Source: Hyphomicrobiales bacterium
Lineage (GTDB): Bacteria > Pseudomonadota > Alphaproteobacteria > Rhizobiales > NORP267
Length of the DNA stretch: 64,000 nt
Reading direction: 5' to 3'
NCBI GenBank assembly: GCA_030688605.1
Contig: JAUYJB010000034.1
Location: 113-64,112 of the forward strand
Shown: piece after piece, positions 39,682-50,369 of the stretch
Layout: the number at the start of each line of letters is the position of its first letter
How positions within the stretch are numbered: the stretch's first letter is position 1
The notes under the pieces: model-generated
Database searches by the model: none
The model's input: the letters and a program-made list of their open reading frames with translations, nothing else
Told to the model about the DNA's origin: nothing
Position numbers and translations under genes: made by a program

Positions 39682-39965
39682 GAGCTTACGATGTCCTCTG
39701 TTGGCGTTCCCGCGCCCCGCTCAAATTCGAGGCGATAGAAACTTCTGCCGCTTAGCGGCTATAATCAGAATAATAACGAATAATATGTGCAGACCGGGGC
39801 CCATGCAACTTTGACATAGGTCAAAGGTTGCCGCGAAAGGTCCGCGCCGGCGCCACCAAGGGAGGCTTCCGACGGTCTGCCGACTGTGTTAGAGGAACCG
39901 AACGTGGACCGCGGCGGATGCTCGTCAAACGGCATCCGGCAAGATCGGGACAGAGCGGAAAGACG

Positions 39966-40499
39966 ATGCCGAAGCGGCGATCGAGTTTCGAGTATGAAGA
40001 CCTTCTAGCCTGCGGTCGGGGTGAACTGTTCGGTCCAGGCAACGCGCAGCTGCCGCTGCCGCCGATGCTGATGTTCGACCGCATCTCGAAAATTTCCGCC
40101 GATGGCGGTGCGCATGGCCGCGGGCAGATCCGCGCGGAGTTCGAGGTGCGTCCGGACATGTGGTTTTTTCCTTGTCATTTCAAAGGCGATCCGGTGATGC
40201 CGGGTTGTCTCGGCTTGGACGCCATGTGGCAGCTTCTGGGCTTCTTCCTCGGCTGGCTCGGGGCGCCCGGAAAGGGGCGGGCGCTGGCCGTCGGCGAGGT
40301 CAAGTTCTCGGGCATGGTGGTGCCGGGGGTGAAGCTGATCGAATATGGCATCGACCTGAAGCGCATTATCCGGCGCAAGCTCACGCTCGGCATCGGCGAC
40401 GGATGGCTCAAGGCGGACGGGAAAACCATTTACAGGGCGCTCGATCTGCGCGTCGGATTGTTCACTGCCGAGGCGCAAGCGCAGGCCGGCGCGAGATAA
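39966..40499 (+). CDS. fabA: 3-hydroxydecanoyl-ACP dehydratase/isomerase
   Basis: [12 protein letters not shown] and [24 protein letters not shown] (active-site His) are present. ATG at 39966. Confidence 0.95.
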   Translation: MPKRRSSFEYEDLLACGRGELFGPGNAQLPLPPMLMFDRISKISADGGAHGRGQIRAEFEVRPDMWFFPCHFKGDPVMPGCLGLDAMWQLLGFFLGWLGAPGKGRALAVGEVKFSGMVVPGVKLIEYGIDLKRIIRRKLTLGIGDGWLKADGKTIYRALDLRVGLFTAEAQAQAGAR

Positions 40500-40589
40500 T
40501 CCGTCTCGGTGCGACTTTTCCGCGCAGACCTTGGAAAGGGCGCGGAAACCGACCGAAAACCGGAATTTGCCGGAAAAGGGATGACGAGG

Positions 40590-41807
40590 ATGAGGCGCGT
40601 GGTTGTGACAGGCATGGGAATCGTGTCGTCGATCGGCAACAACACTCAGGAAGTGGTGGCATCGCTGCGCGAGGCGAAGTCCGGCATCGTGCGCGCCGAC
40701 GACTATGTCGAGCGCGGCTTCCGCTGCCAGGTTCACGGCGCGCCCAAACTCGACCCGTTCGAGGTGCTCGACCGGCGCCAGTCCCGGTTCATGGGCGCGG
40801 GCGCGGCCTGGAACTGGATCGCCTTGCAGCAGGCGGTGCAGGATTCCGGGCTCGAGGAGAGCGACGTCTCCAACGAGCGCACCGGCTTGATCATGGGCTC
40901 CGGCGGGCCGTCGACCAGCACCCTGGTCCAGGCCGCCGACGTGACCCGCGAGCGCGGCCCCAAGCGCGTCGGCCCCTTCGCCGTGCCCAAGGCGATGTCG
41001 AGCACCGCGTCCGCGACGCTGGCGACGCCGCTGCACATCAAGGGCATCAGCTATTCGATCTCGTCGGCATGCGCCACCTCCAGCCACTGCATCGGCAACG
41101 CGGCGGAGATGATCCAGTGGAACAAGCAGGACGTCATGTTCGCCGGCGGCTGCGAGGAGCTGCACTGGACCTTGTCGGTGCTGTTCGACGCCATGGGCGC
41201 GCTTTCGAGCAAGTTTAACGAGCGGCCGGAGACGGCAAGCCGCGCTTACGACATCAAGCGCGACGGCTTCGTCATCGCCGGCGGTGCCGGCGTCGTCGTG
41301 CTCGAAGAGCTGGAGCATGCCCGCGCCAGGGGCGCCAAGATCTACGCCGAGCTTGCCGGCTACGGCGCCACCTCGGACGGCTACGACATGGTGCAGCCGT
41401 CGGGCGAGGGCGCGGTGCGCTGCATGCGCATGGCGCTCAGCGGTCTCGACTGCCCGGTCGACTATATCAACCCGCACGCCACCTCGACGCCGATCGGCGA
41501 CATCAAGGAGATCGAGGCGATCCGCGAGGTGTTCGGGGAAAAGTGTCCGCCGATCTCGGCCACCAAGTCGCTGACCGGTCATTCGCTGGGCGCGGCCGGG
41601 GTTCAGGAAGCGATCTATTCGCTGTTGATGATGAAGAACGGCTTCATCTGCGAATCGGCCCATATCGAGGAGCTCGATCGGGAGATGGCCGACATGCCGA
41701 TCCTGCGCGCGCGGCAGGACAATGTGGAGCTCAACTGCGTGCTTTCGAACTCGTTCGGCTTCGGCGGCACGAATGCGTCGCTCGTCTTCAAGCGGTTCGA
41801 CGCATGA
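40590..41807 (+). CDS. fabB: Beta-ketoacyl-ACP synthase I
   Basis: [18 protein letters not shown], active-site SSACATS, HATSTP and GHSLGAAG. Alternative ATG at 40581. Confidence 0.93.
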   Translation: MRRVVVTGMGIVSSIGNNTQEVVASLREAKSGIVRADDYVERGFRCQVHGAPKLDPFEVLDRRQSRFMGAGAAWNWIALQQAVQDSGLEESDVSNERTGLIMGSGGPSTSTLVQAADVTRERGPKRVGPFAVPKAMSSTASATLATPLHIKGISYSISSACATSSHCIGNAAEMIQWNKQDVMFAGGCEELHWTLSVLFDAMGALSSKFNERPETASRAYDIKRDGFVIAGGAGVVVLEELEHARARGAKIYAELAGYGATSDGYDMVQPSGEGAVRCMRMALSGLDCPVDYINPHATSTPIGDIKEIEAIREVFGEKCPPISATKSLTGHSLGAAGVQEAIYSLLMMKNGFICESAHIEELDREMADMPILRARQDNVELNCVLSNSFGFGGTNASLVFKRFDA

Positions 41808-41850
41808 AACCCGGGCCAGAAAGTTCACAGCGTACGGAGCGCCAAGCGAC

Positions 41851-42699
41851 ATGACCACAGCGTTGATGAGCGGAAAACGTGGCCTGATCATGGGGGTCGC
41901 CAACGATCATTCGATCGCCTGGGGGATCGCCCGGACGGTCGCCGAGCACGGCGCGGAACTCGCCTTCACGTATCAGGGAGAGGCCTTCGGGCGCCGCGTC
42001 AAGCCGCTCGCCGAGAGCCTCGGCGCCAAGCTGTGCATTCACTGCGACGTGGAGGACCTTGATACGGTCGACGCGGTGTTCGCGGCGCTGAAGAAGGAGT
42101 GGGGCGATCTCGATTTCGTCGTCCACGCCATCGCCTATTCCGACAGGGCGGAGCTGAAGGGCCGCTACTCCGACACGACGCGGGAGAATTTCAAACGCAC
42201 CATGGTCATCTCCTGCTTCTCGTTCACCGAAATCGCCAAGCGGGCGACGCCGCTGATGGGCAAGGGCGGGTCGCTTCTGACGCTGACCTTCGGCGGCGCC
42301 ACAAGGGTGATGCCGAACTACAACATCATGGGCGTCGCCAAGGCGGCGCTGGAGGCGAGCGTCCGGTATCTCGCCGCCGATTTCGGGCCGGCGCGCATCC
42401 GCGTCAACGCCCTGTCGGCGGGGCCCGTGCGCACACTTGCCGGCTCCGGCATCGCCAACGCGCGGGCGATGTTCAACTATCAGAAGCGTCATTCGGCCTT
42501 GAAGAAGAGCGTCAGCCTCGACGAGATCGGGGGCGCCGCGCTCTATCTGTTGAGCGACCTGTCGAGCGGCGTCACGGGGGGAGTGCATTTCGTCGACGCC
42601 GGCTACCACATCATGTCGATGCCGCGGCCGGGCGAGCTCAACAATGAGGAAGAAAACGGCGTCGAACTGACGGAAGCCGAGCGCGAGGCCGCGCAGTAG
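41851..42699 (+). CDS. fabI: Enoyl-ACP reductase (NADH)
   Basis: Motifs GKRGLIMGVANDHSIAWGIA, YNIMGVAKAALE (Y-x6-K) and SAGPVRTLA. Confidence 0.93.
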   Translation: MTTALMSGKRGLIMGVANDHSIAWGIARTVAEHGAELAFTYQGEAFGRRVKPLAESLGAKLCIHCDVEDLDTVDAVFAALKKEWGDLDFVVHAIAYSDRAELKGRYSDTTRENFKRTMVISCFSFTEIAKRATPLMGKGGSLLTLTFGGATRVMPNYNIMGVAKAALEASVRYLAADFGPARIRVNALSAGPVRTLAGSGIANARAMFNYQKRHSALKKSVSLDEIGGAALYLLSDLSSGVTGGVHFVDAGYHIMSMPRPGELNNEEENGVELTEAEREAAQ

Positions 42700-42944
42700 C
42701 CGTTCCTGGTCTCGTCACACCGTCAAAGAACAAACGGAAAATGCCCCGGAGCTGAGGGGCAAGCTTCGCCGTTGCCGCGAACCGTCTGGCTCCGGGTTTC
42801 GCCTTAAGCCCCAGCCTCAAGCCTTCACGGGCAGCCCCGCCATAGTGCGGGACGGGCGGCTTGGACGGCCTCCCCGGGCGGCCGCGCCGACTCAATAGAC
42901 GCAAACCCGCCGGAGGCGCCGCTCCTCTCCGCGTGGGCGGTGTC

Positions 42945-43261
42945 GGGCCCTGAGCAACCGGGAACATGGGTGACAGTTCCGACCGGCGACATGGGTAACA
43001 CATTTCCCGTTTTGTTCATGTCTGTTGCTGCTTCTGGGCCGGTGGGGTTGGGGGTAACCCTGCCGGGTTATCCACAAGTCCACGGGCCTTGGATTTGGGC
43101 TTTTTCAGGTGCGCGCCGCGATGCTCGATGACGCCCAGCACGACCGGGCCGTAGAAGGCGGTCCAGCCGCCATCCTCGCCTTCGAGGAGCCCCACCGGCT
43201 CGCCGGAATCTTTTGGAAATGAGGGACAGGACGGCCCTTGGAGGGTGTTCCGGGGCCTGCC
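42945..43261 (-). pseudogene. Remnant of an IS (rve-integrase type, IS481-like) transposase C-terminus
   Basis: Hand translation of the minus strand from 43261 to the TGA at 43016-43018 gives ...FPKDSGEPVGLLEGEDGGWTAFYGPVVLGVIEHRGAHL...VDNPAG.... After a frameshift it continues NVLPMSPVGTVTHVPG. This pattern matches, from memory, the tail of IS481-family transposases (GERVxI...DGxYxVFF....IxxIDL ... SHVS..MSP). There is no start codon, and the N-terminal ~250 aa are absent. Confidence 0.45.
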
Positions 43262-43531
43262 CTATTCGACGGGCGCCGCCTCGGCGGTCCGCAGCTGCGG
43301 TTGCGGGCGCCAATCCATTGCGGTGTCGTGGGAAATGCGCTGCAGGGCCGTGCGCGGCCGGGACGCCGGCGTCTCAATGACCTGCATCAGAAAGAACGCC
43401 ATGACGCCTACGGGCAGGGCGATACTCAGGGCGCCAGCGACCAGCAGGCGGAGCCGAAACCAGGGGGTCCTGGCGCGGCGATCGCCGATGGTCTCCGAGG
43501 CGACATTCGATAGGGACCGTCTCCGTCTCAT
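43262..43531 (-). CDS. Small hypothetical membrane protein (89 aa)
   Basis: ATG start. Codon third positions are mostly G/C. One clear TM helix (LLVAGALSIALPVGVMAFFLM). It begins 92 nt after the pnp stop. Its TAG stop is in frame with the downstream transposase remnant. Confidence 0.35.
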   Translation of the reverse strand: MRRRRSLSNVASETIGDRRARTPWFRLRLLVAGALSIALPVGVMAFFLMQVIETPASRPRTALQRISHDTAMDWRPQPQLRTAEAAPVE

Positions 43532-43623
43532 GGGGGAGAAACGGTCCGGCGGGCCTTATGGTTCCAAAATGCGTGCGCAGCACGCGTCGCGAAGGATGAG
43601 GCCGCGGCGTTGCTCTCCGGTAT

Positions 43624-45789
43624 TCACCCGGCGGCGCGTTCGCCCTTTTCGCGGCGCTCATCGCGCGGCTCGCGGGGGAGCTCCTGGCCGGTCTCCTGGT
43701 TGACCACCTTCATCGACAGGCGCACCTTGCCGCGCGGGTCGATCTCCAGGAGCTTGACCCACACCTCGTCGCCTTCCTTGACCACTTCGCCAACCGTTTC
43801 CGGCCGGCCCCTGGAGAGCTGCGAGATGTGCACCAGCCCGTCCTTAGCGCCGAAGAAGTTCACGAAGGCGCCGAAGTCCATCACCTTGACGACCTTGCCC
43901 CTGTAGATCTTGCCGACCTCGGGCTCGGCGACGATGGAATGGATCCAGTCGTGCGCCGCCTTGATCGCCTTGGAGTCGGCGGACGCGATCTTGATGCTGC
44001 CGTCGTCGGCGATGTCGATCTTGGCGCCGGTCTTGTCGACAATCTCGCGGATCACCTTGCCGCCGGAGCCGATGACCTCGCGGATCTTGTCGACCGGGAT
44101 CACCATCACCTCGATTCGTGGCGCGTGCTCGCCAAGCTCCGGCCGGGCGCTGTCCAGCGCCTTGGCCATCTCGCCCAGAATGTGCATGCGGCCGGCCTGC
44201 GCCTGGGCCAGCGCCACCTTCATGATCTCCTCGGTGATGCCGGCGATCTTGATGTCCATCTGCAGCGAGGTGACGCCGTCGGCGGTGCCGGCGACCTTGA
44301 AGTCCATGTCGCCGAGATGGTCCTCGTCGCCAAGGATGTCGGAGAGCACGGCGAAGCGGTCGGCCTCCTTGATCAGCCCCATGGCGATGCCGGCGATCGG
44401 CCGCTTGATCGGCACGCCGGCATCCATGATGGCGAGCGAGGAGCCGCACACGGTGGCCATGGAAGAGGAGCCGTTCGACTCGGTGATCTCGGAGACCACG
44501 CGCAGCGTGTAGGGGAACTCCTCGGGCCGCGGCAGCATCGGCCGCACGGCGCGCCAGGCAAGCTTGCCGTGGCCGACCTCGCGCCGGCCGGTGAAGCCGA
44601 CGCGGCCGGTCTCGCCGACCGAGAAGGGCGGGAAATTGTAGTGCAGCAGGAAGGCCTGCTTGTAGGTGCCCTCGAGCGCGTCGACATATTGCTCGTCCTC
44701 GCCGGTCCCCAGCGTGGCGACGACGAGCGCCTGGGTCTCGCCGCGGGTGAACAGGGCCGAGCCGTGGGCGCGCGGCAGGACGCCGACCTCGCACTGGATC
44801 GGCCTGACGTCGGTGAGGCCGCGGCCGTCGATGCGCACGCTCTCCTCGAGGATGCGGCCGCGCACGATCTCGCTTTCCACCGACTTGAACACGTCGCCGA
44901 CGAGCTGCGGTGAAGGCGCCTCCTCAGGCCCTCCTTCCGGACAGATGTCGGCAAGAACCGTTTCCTTGATCGCGCCGATGCGCTCGTGGCGCTCCGCCTT
45001 GTTGGCGATCAGATAGGCGTTCCTGAGGTCGGTCTCGGCGATCGCCTTGACCTGCGCCGTAAGCTCGGCATTGTCGGCGACCGCGATATCCCACGGCGCC
45101 TTGGCCGAGCGCTCGGCAAGCCGGACGATGGCGTCGATCACCGGCTGGAACTCGCGATGGCCGAACATGACGGCGCCCAGCATGATCTCCTCGGAAAGCT
45201 CGTTGGCCTCCGATTCGACCATCAGCACCGCTTCGCCAGTGCCGGCGACGACAAGGTCGAGGGCGCCTTCGGCGACCTGTTCCTGCGTCGGGTTGAGAAT
45301 GTAGGCGCCGTCCTTGTAACCGACCCGGGCGCCGGCGATCGGACCCATGAAGGGGACGCCGGAAACGGTGAGCGCAGCGGAACTCGCCACCATGGCGACA
45401 ATGTCGGGATCGTTCTCCAGATCGTGGGAGAGCACGGTGATGACGATCTGGGTTTCGTTCTTGAAGCCGTCGGCGAACAGCGGCCGGATCGGCCGGTCGA
45501 TGAGGCGCGAGGTCAGCGTTTCCTTCTCGGTCGGCCGGCCCTCGCGCTTGAAATAGCCGCCGGGAATCTTCCCCGCCGCATAGGTCCTTTCCTGGTAGTG
45601 GACCGACAGCGGAAAGAAGTCGATGCCGACGCGCGGCTGCTTCTCGGCGACCACCGTCGCCAGCACGGTCGTGTCGCCGTAGCGGGCGACGACCGCGCCG
45701 TCGGCCTGGCGGGCCATCTTGCCCGTCTCCAGCACCAGCGGGCGTCCGCCCCACTGGATTTCTTCGCGATGGATTTCAAACATAGTCAT
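43624..45789 (-). CDS. pnp: Polyribonucleotide nucleotidyltransferase (PNPase)
   Basis: Two RNase PH domains plus KH and S1 domains ([18 protein letters not shown]). Start is MTMFEIH (45789) or MFEIH (45783). Confidence 0.97.
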   Translation of the reverse strand: MTMFEIHREEIQWGGRPLVLETGKMARQADGAVVARYGDTTVLATVVAEKQPRVGIDFFPLSVHYQERTYAAGKIPGGYFKREGRPTEKETLTSRLIDRPIRPLFADGFKNETQIVITVLSHDLENDPDIVAMVASSAALTVSGVPFMGPIAGARVGYKDGAYILNPTQEQVAEGALDLVVAGTGEAVLMVESEANELSEEIMLGAVMFGHREFQPVIDAIVRLAERSAKAPWDIAVADNAELTAQVKAIAETDLRNAYLIANKAERHERIGAIKETVLADICPEGGPEEAPSPQLVGDVFKSVESEIVRGRILEESVRIDGRGLTDVRPIQCEVGVLPRAHGSALFTRGETQALVVATLGTGEDEQYVDALEGTYKQAFLLHYNFPPFSVGETGRVGFTGRREVGHGKLAWRAVRPMLPRPEEFPYTLRVVSEITESNGSSSMATVCGSSLAIMDAGVPIKRPIAGIAMGLIKEADRFAVLSDILGDEDHLGDMDFKVAGTADGVTSLQMDIKIAGITEEIMKVALAQAQAGRMHILGEMAKALDSARPELGEHAPRIEVMVIPVDKIREVIGSGGKVIREIVDKTGAKIDIADDGSIKIASADSKAIKAAHDWIHSIVAEPEVGKIYRGKVVKVMDFGAFVNFFGAKDGLVHISQLSRGRPETVGEVVKEGDEVWVKLLEIDPRGKVRLSMKVVNQETGQELPREPRDERREKGERAAG

Positions 45790-45909
45790 GGTCCTTCATG
45801 CATCAAGAAAGCATCCAGGGCCATGGCCAAGACGGCTCGACGCTCTCGGTTTCCCAAGAGCATCCGGCGATCCTGCCATGACCCGTTTACTTTCGTCTTA
45901 ATCTCCGGC

Positions 45910-45930
45910 GCGGCGGCCCCTTGCCGCCGC
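45910..45930 (-). terminator. GC-rich hairpin after rpsO (attenuating terminator or processing site in the rpsO-pnp leader)
   Basis: GCGGCGGC-N5-GCCGCCGC, a perfect 8-bp stem, lies 11 nt downstream of the rpsO stop. No U-tract follows, so it is probably only partial termination. Confidence 0.35.
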
Positions 45931-45940
45931 TTCACCGGAT

Positions 45941-46210
45941 CTACCGGCGGATACCCAGCCGGCCGATCAGCCCCTGATAGCGCTTGGCATCGACGCGCTT
46001 GACATAATCCAGGAGCCGGCGGCGCTGGCTCACCAGCTTGAGCAGTCCGCGCCGCGAATGGTTGTCGTTCTTGTGCGTCTTGAAGTGCTCGGTCAGATTG
46101 GCGATCCGTTCCGACAGAATGGCCGCCTGCACCTCGGGCGAACCGGTATCGGCGGCACCGGTCGCATATTCCTTGATCAGCTCCTGCTTGCGCTCAGGCG
46201 TGATCGACAT
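45941..46210 (-). CDS. rpsO: 30S ribosomal protein S15
   Basis: [15 protein letters not shown]...[35 protein letters not shown] is canonical S15. ATG at 46210. Confidence 0.97.
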   Translation of the reverse strand: MSITPERKQELIKEYATGAADTGSPEVQAAILSERIANLTEHFKTHKNDNHSRRGLLKLVSQRRRLLDYVKRVDAKRYQGLIGRLGIRR

Positions 46211-46242
46211 CGTCAGCTCCCAACAATTCCGCGCCGAATGCG

Positions 46243-47169
46243 TCATCCAGCGATATGAAATACGCGGGTGGGATGCAATTCGCCCTGCCGGATTTCGCCC
46301 AGCGCCACCAGGGTGCCCCCGACGGTCGCATAGACGGTCCCCTGCAACAGCGGCGCGTCCCGTCCGCGCAGCAAAACGGCCTGTCCCCTCTTGAGGCGGG
46401 CCGCGTCCGGCCTGCTTATGGCCAACGCCGGGATGTCGTCCAGCGCGGTCTCGACAGGCCGCAGATACTGCCTCGGGTCGCCCCGGGCGGCGGCACTATG
46501 GCGCAACTCCTCCAGCATTTCCAGAGAAATCATGTCAGCCTCCGTGAACGGGCCGACGCCGGTGCGGCGCAGCGCGGTGACGTGGCCGAAGCATTTAAGC
46601 TCGCGGCCCATGTCGCGGGCGAGCGCGCGCACATAAGTGCCCTTGCCGCATTCGGCCTCGAACAGCGAGTGATCGGCATCGGCAAAGCCCAGATGGGTGA
46701 GCGAATAGACTGTCGCGGGGCGGGCCTGAAGCTTAAGGCGCGCGCCCTGGCGGGCAAGGTCGTAGGCGCGCTCGCCGGCGACCTTGACCGCGGAAAAGGC
46801 CGGTGGAACCTGGGAAATCTCGCCGACAAGGCGGGCCGCCGCCGCATCCACCGCCTTGGCGTCGGGGCGCGCGGCGCTCTCCGACACCACCTCGCCGTCG
46901 GCATCGTCAGTCAGCGTTTCCGCGCCCCAGCGAACGGTGAAACGGTAGGTCTTGACGCCGTCCATGACGAAGGGAACCGTCTTGGTCGCCTCGCCGAGGG
47001 CCACCGGCAACAGGCCGGAGGCGAGCGGGTCGAGGGTGCCGGCGTGGCCGGCCTTGCGGGCGTTGAACAGGCGCTTGACGCGGGCCACGGCCGCCGTCGA
47101 GGTCATGCCGACAGGCTTGTCCAAGATGACCCATCCATGGATGTCCTCGCCGGCGCGGCGCCGCGGCAT
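46243..47169 (-). CDS. truB: tRNA pseudouridine(55) synthase
   Basis: [13 protein letters not shown] and [13 protein letters not shown] (catalytic Asp) are present. Confidence 0.95.
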   Translation of the reverse strand: MPRRRAGEDIHGWVILDKPVGMTSTAAVARVKRLFNARKAGHAGTLDPLASGLLPVALGEATKTVPFVMDGVKTYRFTVRWGAETLTDDADGEVVSESAARPDAKAVDAAAARLVGEISQVPPAFSAVKVAGERAYDLARQGARLKLQARPATVYSLTHLGFADADHSLFEAECGKGTYVRALARDMGRELKCFGHVTALRRTGVGPFTEADMISLEMLEELRHSAAARGDPRQYLRPVETALDDIPALAISRPDAARLKRGQAVLLRGRDAPLLQGTVYATVGGTLVALGEIRQGELHPTRVFHIAG

Positions 47170-47291
47170 CGCTCGCTTATCCCGTTTTCGGCCGCGCCGC
47201 CCAGCTCCCCCGTCCCAACCACCCGGAGGATACCGTGATGTGGGCGGTTGGGACGCAGGAGCGGGCTGGGCACGGGCAAGTTGAAAGGCCC

Positions 47292-47720
47292 CTATCCGTC
47301 ATCATCGTCACCGGCCGCTTTGCCGGCGGCAAGATCGCGGGCCACTCGCGGCGAGCGCAACAGCTCTTCGATGCGGTCGGACTCGGCAAAGCTGGTGTCG
47401 AGGCGGAAGCGCAGCTCGGGCATGAACTTCAGCGACACCCGGCGGGCGACCTCGCCGCGCAGGAAGCGGGCGTTGCGCAAAAGGGCGGCTTCCACCCTGT
47501 CCTGGCGGGCGCCGCCGAGCGGCATCACATAGACGGTGGCGATCTTCAGATCCGGGCTCAGGCGAACTTCCGGCACGGTAACGACAAGGCCGTCAAGGTC
47601 TGCGTCCTGCACCTCGCCGCGGGCGAAGATCTCGGCCAGCGCATGGCGAATGACCTCGCCGACCCGCAATTGGCGCTGGCCCAGCACCCCGGGCCCCCGT
47701 GTGGCACGTCCCCTGGACAT
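47292..47720 (-). CDS. rbfA: Ribosome-binding factor A
   Basis: [17 protein letters not shown] and [19 protein letters not shown] are present, and the gene sits after infB. Confidence 0.93.
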   Translation of the reverse strand: MSRGRATRGPGVLGQRQLRVGEVIRHALAEIFARGEVQDADLDGLVVTVPEVRLSPDLKIATVYVMPLGGARQDRVEAALLRNARFLRGEVARRVSLKFMPELRFRLDTSFAESDRIEELLRSPRVARDLAAGKAAGDDDDG

Positions 47721-47744
47721 TGTTCACTCAAGACCACCCGTGTC

Positions 47745-50285
47745 CTAAAGCGTGCGCTGGACTTCCTCGACCCGGAAGCACTCGATCACGTCGCCCGCCC
47801 GGATATCCTGGTAGTTCTCGAAGCCCATGCCGCATTCCTGCCCGGCCTGGACGTCCTTGACCTCGTCCTTGAAGCGCTTGAGGGTGCCGAGCTTGCCCTC
47901 GTGGATGACCACGTCGTCGCGGATCAGCCGCACCCGGGCGCCGCGCTCGACCTTGCCGTCGGCGACGCGGCAGCCGGCAATCTTGCCAACCTTGGAGATG
48001 TTGAACACTTCGAGGATCTCGGCATTGCCCAGGAAGGTCTCGCGCAACGCCGGCGCCAAGAGGCCCGACATCGCCGCCTTCACGTCGTCGACGAGATCGT
48101 AGATGACGTTGTAGTAGCGGATCTCGACGCCGTCGCGCTCGGCCGCCTCGCGCGCCTGCTTGTTGGCGCGGACGTTGAAGCCGATGATCGGCGCCTCGGA
48201 AGCCGCCGCCAGCGTCACGTCGGATTCGGTGATGCCGCCGACGCCGGCGTGGATGACGCGGGCCGCCACCTCCTCGGTGGCGAGCTTGTCGAGCGCGCCG
48301 ACGATCGCCTCGGCGGAGCCCTGAACGTCGGCCTTGACCACCAGGGGGATCTCCTTGAGGCCGCTCACATTGAGCTGCGTCATCATCTGCTCGAGCGAGC
48401 CGCGCACGCCGGCCGCGCGCGCCGATTGTTTCTCGCGGCGCTGGCGGTGGCGGTATTCGGCGATCTCGCGAGCGCGCACCTCGGTCTCCAGGACCACGAA
48501 CTGATCACCGGCGCCGGGGGCCGCGTTGAGGCCGAGAATCTCGACCGGCACCGAAGGGCCAGCCTCCTCGACGGTCTCGCCGCGGTCGTCGATCAGCGCC
48601 CGCACCTTGCCCCACTCGGCGCCGGCGAGGAAGATGTCGCCGACCTTCAGCGTGCCGCGCTGCACCAGGACCGTGGCCACCGGGCCGCGGCCCCGGTCGA
48701 GCTTGGCCTCGATGACGGTGCCGCTGGCGGCGCGCTGGGGATTGGCCTTCAGCTCCAACAGCTCCGCCTGCAGCAGGACCGCGTCGAGCAGCTTGTCGAG
48801 ATTGGTGCCCTTGAGCGCCGAGACCTCGACCTCGAGCACATCGCCGCCCATCGATTCGACGACGATCTCGTGCTGCAGGAGGTCGGTGCGCACGCGTTTG
48901 GGATTGGCGCCTCGCTTATCGATCTTGTTGATGGCGACGATCAGCGGCACATGCGCCGCCTTGGCGTGGTTGATCGCCTCGACCGTCTGCGGCATGACGC
49001 CGTCGTCGGCGGCGACCACCAGGATGACGATATCGGTCACCTTAGCGCCGCGCGCGCGCATGGCGGTGAAGGCCTCGTGGCCGGGGGTGTCGATGAAGGT
49101 GATCTTGTCGCCCTTCTCAGTCGTCACCTGATAGGCGCCGATATGCTGGGTGATGCCACCGGCCTCGCCGGCGACGACCTTGGTCTTGCGGATGGCGTCG
49201 AGCAGCGAGGTCTTGCCGTGGTCGACATGGCCCATGACGGTGACCACAGGCGGGCGCGGCTTGAGATCCCCGGCCTCGTCCTCGACACCGAAGATGCCTT
49301 CCTCGACGTCGGATTCGGCGACGCGGCGGACCTGATGGCCGATCTCCTCGGCGACGAGCTGCGCGGTGTCGGCGTCGATCACGTCGGTGATCTTCAGCAT
49401 CTGCCCCTGATTCATCAGCAGCTTGATGACGTCGACCGCGCGCACGGCCATGCGGTTGGCCAGCTCCTGGATGGAGATGGCTTCGGGAACCACCACCTCG
49501 CGCACGATCTTCTGCTGTGGATCGAAGGCATGCACCTGCTTGCGCATGCGCTCGCGCTGGCGGCGGATCGAGGCGAGCGAGCGCGCGCGCTCGTCCTCGT
49601 TCAACGCATTGGCGATCGTCAGCCGGCCGCGCCGGCGCTCTCCGCCGCGCGGCGGCCGCGGCGGCTTAGCCTCGGCCTTCTTGCGCGTGCGCTCCTCGTC
49701 CAGCGCTTCGAGTTCGCGGCTCGATACTTCCGCGGCGACGCTCGGCTGGCCGGCTTCGCTTTCGAGGCGACGCTTTGCTTCCTGCTCGGACTTGAGACGC
49801 GCTTCGTCCTCGGCCCTGAGGCGCGCCTCTTCCTCCTCGGCGCGGGCCTCCGCCAATTCGCGTTCGCGCCGCTCGCGTTCCTGGCGCTCGCGGCGGCGCT
49901 TTGCCTCGTCGTCGGCGTGGCGGCGTTCGTCCGCCTCGCGCACGCGCGCTTCGGCCAGCGCCTGGGCGCGGGCGTCCTTTTCCTCCTCGGTCAGGGTCCG
50001 CAGCACGACGCCCGAGCGCGGCGCTGCGGTCTGCACATCGGTCTCATGCCCCGGCACTGCCGCGGCCGAAGCCATCTCGGGGACGGGCGCAGCCTCGCGG
50101 TCCGGTTCGGTCTGGCCGGCCGGCCCGATGACCCGCCGTTTCTTCTTTTCGACCAGGACAGACTTGGAGCGGCCATGCGAGAAATTCTGCCGAACCAGGC
50201 CAGATTCGACCGTGCGCTTCAGCGAAATCCGCTTTTTCGCCGGAACGCTAAGTGTCTTGTCGCCTTTATTCGTCGTCTCGCTCAT
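47745..50285 (-). CDS. infB: Translation initiation factor IF-2
   Basis: G domain [20 protein letters not shown] and NKID. The charged low-complexity N-terminal region is typical. Confidence 0.97.
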   Translation of the reverse strand: MSETTNKGDKTLSVPAKKRISLKRTVESGLVRQNFSHGRSKSVLVEKKKRRVIGPAGQTEPDREAAPVPEMASAAAVPGHETDVQTAAPRSGVVLRTLTEEEKDARAQALAEARVREADERRHADDEAKRRRERQERERRERELAEARAEEEEARLRAEDEARLKSEQEAKRRLESEAGQPSVAAEVSSRELEALDEERTRKKAEAKPPRPPRGGERRRGRLTIANALNEDERARSLASIRRQRERMRKQVHAFDPQQKIVREVVVPEAISIQELANRMAVRAVDVIKLLMNQGQMLKITDVIDADTAQLVAEEIGHQVRRVAESDVEEGIFGVEDEAGDLKPRPPVVTVMGHVDHGKTSLLDAIRKTKVVAGEAGGITQHIGAYQVTTEKGDKITFIDTPGHEAFTAMRARGAKVTDIVILVVAADDGVMPQTVEAINHAKAAHVPLIVAINKIDKRGANPKRVRTDLLQHEIVVESMGGDVLEVEVSALKGTNLDKLLDAVLLQAELLELKANPQRAASGTVIEAKLDRGRGPVATVLVQRGTLKVGDIFLAGAEWGKVRALIDDRGETVEEAGPSVPVEILGLNAAPGAGDQFVVLETEVRAREIAEYRHRQRREKQSARAAGVRGSLEQMMTQLNVSGLKEIPLVVKADVQGSAEAIVGALDKLATEEVAARVIHAGVGGITESDVTLAAASEAPIIGFNVRANKQAREAAERDGVEIRYYNVIYDLVDDVKAAMSGLLAPALRETFLGNAEILEVFNISKVGKIAGCRVADGKVERGARVRLIRDDVVIHEGKLGTLKRFKDEVKDVQAGQECGMGFENYQDIRAGDVIECFRVEEVQRTL

Positions 50286-50369
50286 TTCAACCTATCTGGC
50301 CAACCCGTCTGGTTTCGCTGTTTATACGGCCCCTCTCCCGGCCTCCCTCTCCGGCCGCCCGTACCGATC

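Noticed and set aside
40005-41903. 632-aa ORF on the - strand
   Set aside because: It is antisense to fabA and fabB. There are no motifs, and the composition is Arg/Ala/Gly-rich. It is a high-GC shadow ORF.
43068-43076. Perfect DnaA-box sequence TTATCCACA
   Set aside because: It is a single isolated copy lying inside the transposase-remnant reading frame (codons ...GLVDNP...). There is no cluster of boxes and no adjacent AT-rich unwinding element, so it is most likely chance.
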